From Octopus vulgaris (lineage: Eukaryota): a DNA stretch of 64,000 nucleotides. The stretch lies in NCBI GenBank assembly GCA_951406725.2, contig OX597817.1, positions 167,710,001 through 167,774,000 of the forward strand, read 5' to 3'. Under the pieces are notes generated by a model. It was not told the origin of the DNA. It made no database searches and was given only the letters and a program-made list of their open reading frames with translations. Below are positions 54,734 through 64,000 of the stretch, piece after piece (position 1 is the stretch's first letter; each line of letters starts with the position of its first letter). A program made the translations under genes and the position numbers.

Positions 54734-54823
54734 ACTTCTAAACAAGGGCAAAAGAAAAATTATTTCTATGCCAATATGCATATTGGCATAGAAATAATTT
54801 TTCTTTTGCCATTGTTTAGAAGT
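54734..54823. repeat. 90-bp loopless palindrome (44/45 bp paired)
   Basis: Centred on ATG|CAT at 54778/54779, directly after a (TA)n tract. Confidence 0.92.
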
Positions 54824-55041
54824 TGTTTATAATTTTAACCTTTAAAGGCATTTTAACCCTTTCGTTACTGTATTAATTTTGAGATGCTCTGTGTTTCTTT
54901 CAATCATTTTAAATATCAACAAAAAATTTAGTAAAATAACTTAGTTATCATTAAGGTAGTGTTAGGAACATAAATTGTGATTAAGGTTTGGTGGAAGATT
55001 TTAATTCAAAACTTATGAAAACAAAACATTTGTACATCATA

Positions 55042-55535
55042 CCGTAAATCCTCGAGTATAATCCACATTTTTTTCCCCAAATTTAAAGGTCAAAATCCCT
55101 AGTGCATTATTTTCTAAGCAATGTCCGAGTCTCTATTGGCTGTCCGGCAATGTTTATTCAGACGCATTTTGTGATGTCGGGCGCGAAAATACCTTAAGCT
55201 AAGCCTGAAAGCAATGAAGTTATAAAAGAATAATCCATAACTTGCAGTAAGCAACATTTATTAAACGTTATTACTGTTATTTCTTTATTTTCTGCAAACA
55301 AAATGCACAAAAAAGCTACATGTTTGCAACATGTTATATATACAATAATAATAATAATAATAAAGGGCGTTACCGTATACATTTTCACAAACCAAAGACA
55401 TTATATAGACCTCCTTGACTCAAGTTAGAGAAGGGGTGCATATTATACACAAGGTTTAGGTTTTTCAGAGGTACAGCCTCCTAAAAATCCCCTGCATATT
55501 ATACTCAAGGGCAGACTATACTTGAGGATTTGCAG
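55042..55535. mobile_element. pogo/Tigger-like MITE
   Basis: TA-flanked TIRs CCGTAAATCCTCGAGTATAATC and (rc) CTGCAAATCCTCAAGTATAGTC. Confidence 0.7.
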
Positions 55536-57434
55536 TATATACATATATATATGTACACACATATATATTCATACATATACATAGATAGATAGATATATAC
55601 ATTATATGTACGTGTGTCTGTGTCTAGTTTTAGAACAACTCAGCTAAATTTTTCTCAGACTTATTAATAACGTTTCTGCCAATTAAAAGTCTTAGACTTG
55701 AAACTAAATCCAGCTCATCAAGTTAAATTAAATCTAGCAAAAATATGAAAGTAGAATCACTGAAATGACACAATCTTAGGGAACAGAATATCTCCAGACC
55801 AGCTCAGTTTGCCCATGACAATGACTTTAAAAAAGGGTCTTTGAAATTTTTCTTGGAAGACCAACGTCGATATTTTATTGTTTTAGTTTCAATAGAAAAT
55901 ATTTTTTTGTGGCTTCAATGTTGATTCAGTGGTCTGTTTATAACATATATATATGCATATATATATATTTATAAATATATGTATGTATATATATATCATG
56001 GTTTTTTGGTTGTATTTTTGTTGTGGATGCAAATTGCAAATTTCTCATATATCTTTTGTCTTTCTATGTTCCCAAACAGACATACATATATAAACACATT
56101 TATATACACACATGCATATATATGTGTTTGTGTGCGTGCGTGGCTATATATATGTGTGTGTGTGTGTGTCTGTATATACATATATATGTGTGTGTGCGTG
56201 TGTATATATTTTTATATATATATATATATATGTGTGCATAATATCTATATACATATACCACATACATGCACATATATGTATACACATTCACTCATGCATA
56301 GCTATGTATATATATGTATATACGCACTCAGACATATAGCTATGTTCATTTATATATGAAAATCAAATTTATATTTATATATGTATTTGTATGTATGTAT
56401 ATACGTGTGCCTATATATGTATGTATGTGTGTATATATATATATATATAGATATATGTATATATGTTCATGTGTGTACGTATATATATTTTTACCATTTA
56501 ATATATAAATGTGTATATATATATGTTTGTGTGTGCGTATGGTGTACATTATATATATATATATTTATATATATATATATATATATGTATGTATATATAT
56601 GTATATATATGTATGTATATATATACACATGTATCTATGTAACCATTATAGCTTTTAAATCCCAAACCCTTTGCTTTTATCTGTGAACTGTTCATTGTAC
56701 AACATTAGTGCATGTTTAAAACTTCTGCAATCTGCAGATATTCTCAACAAATATCTTAGTTATTGTCTGAAAGGCTCCACATGTTATTAGTCCATTTAGT
56801 ACTATATAAGAAACCCAAAATACAGAAAGAAAAAAAAACTGCCAAAATAATGAGAGGATGAAAGAAGTTTAATCATTGATTGTTTGTTTGTAGTGTCTGT
56901 CCCTTGACTCTGCTGCTTTCACATCCCTTTAGTATGAAGTAAATTAAATGTTGTCTTATGCTTATCCCCTATCTTCAGGTCTTGTTACAAACTGTCTTGT
57001 TATAAATATATATATATATGTATATATGTATATATGTATATGTATATATCTATATGTATATATATATATGTATATATGTATATATGTATATGTATATATC
57101 TATATGTATATATCTATATGTATATATGTGTATATGTATATATCTATATGTATGCAGGTGTATATACATATATGTACATGTGTGTATGTGCGTGTGCGTA
57201 TATATATATATCTATATGTATATATATATATATTTATTGTGTTGTCAATGTTGTTGGTGTTGCTGTTCTTGTTATCACTAGTTATATTGACATTGATGTT
57301 TGTTAGAGGTTGTGTGAAGTCCAGCAGTATAAGCTAAATATGTGTGTATGTGAATATACGTACATATATGTGTTATGTGTTATGTGGGATTTTAGTGATT
57401 ACAGAATATAACTTGCTTTTCTTCTATTTTACAG

Positions 57435-57519
57435 GGCCAAGGTCGTATCGAGAAAACCGAAATCATTGAGATGGCCATCCGACATATCAAACATTTGCAA
57501 AACATTCACAGATCTCTGG
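57435..57519 (+). CDS. cwo: cwo-like exon 4: loop and helix 2 ([28 protein letters not shown])
   Basis: Boundaries ttttacag|GGC ... CTG G|gtatgt. [15 protein letters not shown] is characteristic of CWO helix 2. The exon is too short to appear in the ORF track. Phase 0/1. Confidence 0.96.
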
Positions 57520-57648
57520 GTATGTATTCCTTGTCATTGAGTTCTTAGTTTCAATTAGTCATTGGGTTTAATTGTAAATGCGGCAGCATTCATTATAACG
57601 AGTCTCTAGACTGGTTTGCTATACACTTACTTTCTTCAAGTCACTATA

Positions 57649-58051
57649 TTTACTCTTTTACTTGTTTCAGTCATTTGACTGCGGCCATGCTGGAGCACTG
57701 CCTTTAGTCGAGCAAATCGACCCCGGGACTTATTCTTTGTAAGCCCAGTACTTATTCTATCGGTCTCTTTTGCCGAACCGCTAAGTAACGGGGATGTAAA
57801 CACACCAGCATCGGTTGTCAAGCAATGCTAGGGGGACAAACACAGACACACAAATACACACACACACATATATATATACATATATATACGACGGGATTCT
57901 TTCAGTTTCCGTCTACCAAATCCACTCACAAGGCTTTGGTCAACCCGAGGTTATTGTAGAAGACACTTGCCCAAGGTGCCACGCAGTGGGACTGAACCCA
58001 GAACCATGTGGTTGATAAGCAAGCTACTTACCGCACAGCCACTCCTGTGCC
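57649..58051 (-). mobile_element. SINE family A, full length (intron 4)
   Basis: Reverse complement of the family consensus. A diverged + tail fragment follows at about 58095-58195. Confidence 0.9.
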
Positions 58052-58324
58052 TATTAATATTTTCTTTGACAAAAGAAATGATAGAAGAGAGATATGTACT
58101 TATAGAATAAGTATGGTCAATCTGTTCAACTAAACCATTCACAGTGGTACTCCAGTATGGGCACGATCCAATTATTGAAACAAGTAAAAGATTAAGATTT
58201 TCCTTCTAACTTTCAACTTGAAATGGTGTCATCATTATTATTTAGCAATGTTTTTGTGGTCTTTTTTTGAATATTATTTCTAATGTTTCTCATTGTTTTC
58301 TTCTTTTTTTCTTTGAATCCACAG

Positions 58325-58492
58325 TAAACCAGGGACAATGTTGTGCAGAGAAATTCTACCTTGGCTTCAAGGAATGTGAAGCTGAGACAATCCGCTACTT
58401 TGTAGAATGTGAAGGTCTCGACAACAAAGACCAGTTCTTCATGAGGGTTATCAGCCATCTGGAAGCAGTCAGTAAAAAGCATCTTGCTACAG
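58325..58492 (+). CDS. cwo: cwo-like exon 5: Orange domain (VNQGQCCAEKFYLGFKECEAETIRYFVECEGLDNKDQFFMRVISHLEAVSKKHLAT)
   Basis: Boundaries ccacag|TA ... ACA G|gtcagt, phase 1/1. The F-x-x-G-F-x-E-C-x-x-E-x-x-R-Y ... R-x-x-x-H-L pattern is typical of Hairy-Orange domains. Confidence 0.94.
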
Positions 58493-59323
58493 GTCAGTAC
58501 TTTGAGCTTGTTTGCTTTGTTGTGTGGCCCTTACTCACTTTTTACTTCAGCCCTTTGCTCCCTATAGAGAATAGGCCATCAATGACATTTCTCCACTGCT
58601 CTTGATGCTGGGATATATTTTTCACTTCTCTCCTGTTGGACCCCTGCCCTTTCAGCTCTGGTTCTTGAACTGATAGGATTCCAGCTGATACGAGAGGAAG
58701 CCTTCTTCTTCCAGGTCTTGTTTTGAACTGTCATCAATGCTTTTTTTCTAGATAGGGATGTTGGTCCAATGCAAACCTATTTTCTCCTCTGAGAACATGC
58801 ATTCCTTATTCGATGACCTGTATCTTTTGACTTGTCTAGCATGGAAGGCCCAACTAGGAGATTTGACTCTACTGGCATACCTCTCAGGGTCATTGAGAAG
58901 CACACAGGCCATCACACCACAGCAAGTACTGTCGAAATTGCTGGCCTTGTGGTGGTTGATGTATAATTGGCTGTGTCAAATTATTGGGTTTTTTTTTTGA
59001 CTAGGTGGGACACAACATCATTTGCTTACAGTTTCTTGTTCCTTATGTTCTCAAAATATATTTGTGAATAATATGGTTACAAGTAATTCCAAAGACCCAT
59101 CTTTGGTAATCTGGCAGTGCATCATGTGTCTTCTTATTTGAGAAGTCCAATGTTCTGAAGTCTAACCTCCCGACCATTTCTATAACAAAAATGTATGCTA
59201 TCCATGCTAATATAGCACATGTGTGTATGTATTTATACATACATGTATGTATACATGTTTATATGTATTTCTATGCTTAGCTCTCTATCAATTTTCACCG
59301 TTACTTTTTAAAATTTTTTGCAG

Positions 59324-61464
59324 GATCACAAAACTGTACTGACTTCCCAAAAGAAGAACCCAGTTCCGGAGACAAAGCCAACATATCGTGTTCATCACTA
59401 AATGCCGAATGTGAGAACAACAAAATGAAGAGCAATGACAGAACACCGCAGACGGTTCCGGAAATACTTGCCCCTTCACATGACTCAATCAATTCAGCAG
59501 CAAGCAAACAACTTCGGTCTCTGTTGTCTCAAGGAAATGCTGGCTTTGAGCAACCTGACAGTGGTAATGCTAGCTGTGCCGATTCTCTGGGAATGTTTTC
59601 AAGCAGTGAATCTAGTATCTCTGGAAACAATGCTGATGAGGCCAACATAAACATGAACAATGGTGAAGGAGACATGCATTACCATGGAAACGTTGGGTCT
59701 GAGAATGGATCTTCAAGTGGAAGCAGCAAAGAAAATAAGTTTACCAATTACAAGTTTAAGCATGACATCACAAAGCGTTTCTCGGAAGAGGAGAAGTACA
59801 GCGTCGATCTCTCGGCCTCGTTGACTCAAGAGAATATCATAGAATACCAAGAGAGCCATAACTTTGAAAAAATTGGATATGAAAAACACAGCAAAGATAA
59901 GCATGGATATGATAAACATGGCCATGATAAACACGATAAACATGGTCATGATAAACACAGTCATGATAAACACGATAAACATAGTCACGACAAACATGGT
60001 CACGACAAACATAGTCACGATAAACACAGCCATGATAAACACGGATATGATAAACATGAAAAGCATGGATATGATAAGCATGGTTTTGAAAAGCATGAGA
60101 AGTTATCGAGCAAACTAAAACGGAAAATTGTGCGTTCCACATCACCAAGTTCTTGTTCTGATTCCACTGCATATCCAACTTCAGAACACAGTTCAAACGG
60201 TGCCAGTAATAATGTTTCCACAATGCTTTGCCGTTCTCCCGAAGATGAAACGGTGAACAACGGCGTTCACCTCCCAGCGTTTGTGCTGCACCCGCAGGGC
60301 ACGCATTACCTTCCCCTCACGATCCAGCAGTCGTGTTTCCAGAACAGCCTGCAGCAAGCGGAACGGACGCAGCAGCCCATCGTATTCCATCCCATCAGCA
60401 TCCTCGTCAACTTCGCAACGCCCGGTCTTGTCATCCAGAATGCTGAGTCGTTTGTTAATAACGCTGCCATGGATGTTACGTTTTCTTCTTCATCGTCTAC
60501 TTCGGCTTCCGCTGCTGCCGCTGCCAATGCCGCTGCCGCTGCCAATGCCGCAGCCGCTGCTGCCGCTAACGCTGCCTCCGCCGCCACCACTGGTGCTCCG
60601 CTGGCAGAGAACGGCAATTCCAACAACAGCCGCAACACAACTCCTGTCAATAACAACAACAACAACAACAGCAACAACAACAACAGCAACAACAACAACA
60701 GCAACAATAATAATAATAATAATAATAATTGCCCAAGCTCTGTGATCAACAAGTCCTCCCTCTCTCACAACTGCACTACAATAACTTCTCCCTACAATCT
60801 CAGTCCGGCGAATTCATGCCACAGTGTTGGTAGCAATAATAGTAGTTCTAGTAGTAGTGGTATTAGTAGCAGTAATGTTACTGCTGTTAACAGCAACAAC
60901 AATAACAACAACAACAACGGCGCTGTCAACACCACCACCGCCGCCACCATACCACTCAATGCCATCCAAGCTAACAACCACATGTCGCCTGTAAAGCATG
61001 GCAATAATACTGACCTCATGAACTCTGGCCCTGTTGTGGTCAACAGCGCAATGTCTTTGCCGCAGTCGTCATCACCCCCTGCAGCCACGCCGACTGTAAC
61101 ATCTGCAACGGCGCTGCTGCAGACACCAGCTGGTGCTTTGATTACGCAAGGCATCGTCGGCACCAGTCTACTGCACCAACAACAGCAACAACAACAGCAG
61201 CAACAACAGCAGCAACAGCCCCCATTACAACCACAACACCTACCAATCCATCAGACGCACTTACCTCATATCCACCCTCATCAACCACCCCCACCACCAC
61301 AGGTACTACCACCACAAGCGCTCCAACCACACCCACACCACCACCTCCACAGCCCAAATGCTAACACTTCTCCGATGATGCACATGGAGCGTGATAATCG
61401 AAACGCCAGTGAAGGTTCCATTCCCATCGTCATACCAACTTCCAGTTGTTACCAGTCTCTATGA
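59324..61464 (+). CDS. cwo: cwo-like terminal coding exon 6 (long, low-complexity C-terminus; TGA stop)
   Basis: Acceptor ttttttgcag|GA is in frame with the 679-aa ORF 59425-61464. It contains CWO-family motifs NYKFKHDITKRFS, LPAFVLHPQGTHYLPL and FHPISILVNF. There is no terminal WRPW, consistent with CWO rather than Hairy/E(spl). Confidence 0.93.
59863..60102 (+). repeat. coding tandem repeat, (K-H-[GS]-[HY]-D)n
   Basis: 15-nt units (with 9-nt variants) such as GATAAACATGGTCAT, with synonymous divergence. Confidence 0.9.
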
Positions 61465-62069
61465 AGGTGGGCGGCCCCTTATTAAAAACCCTTCACTTGC
61501 GTTCGCTCTTCGATATCTTTGCACATTTCTTTCAGCAACGTGATCTGACCTAGGTTGACCTGGACAGCTCAGCTGTAGAGTGGTTTTGATAACGATGACA
61601 CAACAGAGATGGGGGGGCGTGGCATGGCATGGCTAACCTCGCCCCCTCTTAACTGGGGTGGGCAAAGGCAGTTCTGATACAGGGATGAGAATCCTTTAAA
61701 ATTGTCTGACAGTAAAACATCCACCCGCCCTGGTTATATTAACTCATACATAAAGCTTCCCCCCCCAGCCTCACCCTGCTCTCCCAGCATTCGACTACAT
61801 GTCACTGAGGGAGGAGGTGACAGTGGTGGTGGAGTAGCATAACATGTTACTCTATGAGCAATGTCCCCTATCCCCTGGTGGCACTCGCTGTGCGCTTGTG
61901 AGTTAGGACAGGTGTGGGGAGGGTGAAATTTCCTGTGGATTGCATGGTGGATCCTGGTGGTATGATGGGAAGGGAGGGTTGGGTTTTTTTTTTTTCCACC
62001 CTGGGTAAGTTTGGGGACTACCATCACCAACAAAAACAAGAAATATGATAAACGAATAAGGGAACTTCT

Positions 62070-63062
62070 ATGTCATTGATCGACCTGCTAGAAATAGGAG
62101 CTGAATTCCCTCATATCACACCCTACCAATTTGAAATAGAGAAAGGAGACGTTAAACAATGTAATCCTACGTACCTCTTAAAAGATGGAATGGGTACAGC
62201 TGGAAATGGCTAGCTCAATCCGGTCCAAGAAGTACGAGTCAATGAGGGAGCAAGCCACCACGTGGCTGCTTGAACTGCTAAAAATTGCAACCAAATCTTT
62301 CACAAAGACACTTCTAACATTTTAAAATGGGAAAGACGCAGTGGATGATATGGTTCTGAATAAAAGATAGGATGAATGGTCACAGCTGGAATACCTGACC
62401 TAAGGCTCAACAGCAACAACAAATGTATTTTAAGTAAGAAAGCTATGATTGTCATGAACCATATCAGCCTCCACTAATAACACTCCAACAACAACAAAAT
62501 CAACAGCAATGCTAGTATCACCAATAAAATAGCACTACCATACAACAAAGCTTGTATGTAGTTGCTTGATCTGCAAGAAATAGCAGCCAAATATCCCTCA
62601 AATCTACACCAAACTGAGAGGTAATATTTACCCCCAATTAAACATGGACGTTCTATAAGAACAAACTATACTGTGGTAATTACCACGAGAAAAACTCTTT
62701 GGCTTTTTGGTGTGAAATGCATGCTTGTTTATATTGCTAGTAGGGGAGATAAACCCCTGCAACCTCCAGCACCAAGATCACTAGATCACATGATTTCAAC
62801 TTTGTTTAGTCTCTTCAGTGATAGACACTCGACCATTAGAGTCAACAGTGATTCATCTCCCTGACAGTGATATATAGATGGACAGTGCCATAAAAAGGGG
62901 CTGATGTCATGTGTAGCCAGTTGGCTCAAGAAAAGGATACATTATATAATGTAGTTCTCCTGAGTATTCCTCAAAAAAAAGGTAGAATTATAATGGCTGG
63001 AAGGCCGTTGATCATAGGTCAGATCAGTTAGGTCTGATCTACTCGGGGTTAAACAACAAAAA
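62070..63062 (+). mobile_element. four degraded copies of a short interspersed repeat (…CTGCTAGAAATAGCAGCCAAAT…GGCTGGAATGCC…) downstream of the stop codon
   Basis: Copies at about 62070, 62260, 62555 and 62910. Reverse-oriented relatives are at about 14050-14300 and 15580-16080. Confidence 0.55.
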
Positions 63063-63310
63063 CTACTACCGTTACTACTACTACCATTACATCACCACAC
63101 AACAATAACAATTACACTTCATCAAACTGAAGTACAAAGTCTGTGATTTGACCTCTTTCAAACTATTAAGAGAACTTTTTGTTGCCATGACAGTGACAAG
63201 AAGAATATTTTCTGTGGGATATACATGTGGAGTTTGGGGGAATGTCACACACACACACACACACACACATACACACAACACACACACACATATTAATACA
63301 TGTATGTGTA

Positions 63311-63348
<38 letters not shown>

Positions 63349-64000
63349 TATATATATATGTAAAAACATATATGTATGAATGTGCATATATATATATAAC
63401 ATACATATGTGTATGTATATATATATATATGTATATATATATACATATATATAATGTGATGTAATGTATATATATATATATGTATATATATAAACACACA
63501 TACACATGCACACTTATTTGCACACCCACACATATATATACAGTGAAGGAATTTTTTTTTTTTTTTTTGGGTTTTTGATAACTTTCTTTGTCACGAACTC
63601 TGAACTCTTACTTTTGAAGAAAGATGAAGAAAAAAAATAGCTGTTACAAGAATCACAACTACAACAGCAACAACAACCATGTTTTTTTTTTATTTATTTA
63701 TTTAATTTTTTTTTTTTTTTTTTTTGATAGAAGCAACAACAATTTTCACAAGAAACTGGATAGAACCAAAATAAAAACTTCTTTTCCTCCCCCTCTCTCT
63801 CTCTTTCTCTTTCTACATATATATATACACACATATATATATGTAAACACACACACACATGTATGTATATATCCACGTATATATGTATATATGGTCTCTC
63901 TTTCTCTCTCTGTTTCATGTATATTTCTGGGGATATATTTTATTTTCTTATATATTCTATGCTGTTTATATTTTTAAGTTACTTACTTAAATCGTCATTA

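Noticed and set aside
58327-58332. Alternative acceptor AACCAG| for exon 5
   Set aside because: It would be phase 0, whereas exon 4 ends in phase 1. Only 58325 keeps the Orange domain in frame.
59713-61357. Antisense and alternative-frame ORFs over exon 6
   Set aside because: Shadows of the repetitive coding sequence of the real exon.
62358-62530. AATAAA hexamers as the cwo polyadenylation signal
   Set aside because: There are several candidates in or near repeats in AT-rich DNA, so the 3' end cannot be fixed without transcript data.

Overview
Eukaryotic, AT-rich, microsatellite-saturated animal genomic DNA. The SINE and simple-repeat profile looks like octopus or another coleoid cephalopod, but that is an inference. 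The window holds one protein-coding gene on the + strand, a clockwork orange (cwo)-type bHLH-Orange circadian transcription factor. I reconstruct it from six phase-compatible GT-AG coding exons (22727-22809, 49000-49075, 50358-50459, 57435-57519, 58325-58492, 59324-61464; 2655 nt, 884 aa), with a 26-kb first intron. The protein has an unusual His/Lys/Asp pentapeptide array and long homopolymer tracts. The rest is introns and upstream DNA packed with tRNA-derived SINEs, CR1/L2-type LINE 3' ends, a decayed hAT transposon, mariner, pogo and piggyBac-like MITEs, non-autonomous Helitrons, a HINE/DINE-1-like element and simple repeats. The most notable non-obvious signals are: several minimal hammerhead-ribozyme-like cores (Penelope-type), mostly next to (TA)n tracts, one inside a 158-bp fold-back palindrome; other near-perfect intronic palindromes; inverted SINE pairs around the bHLH exons; E-box, CRE and D-box clusters; and shared SINE/LINE 3' tails. 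Almost all ORFs in the supplied track are microsatellite artefacts. All coordinates and counts were read by eye.
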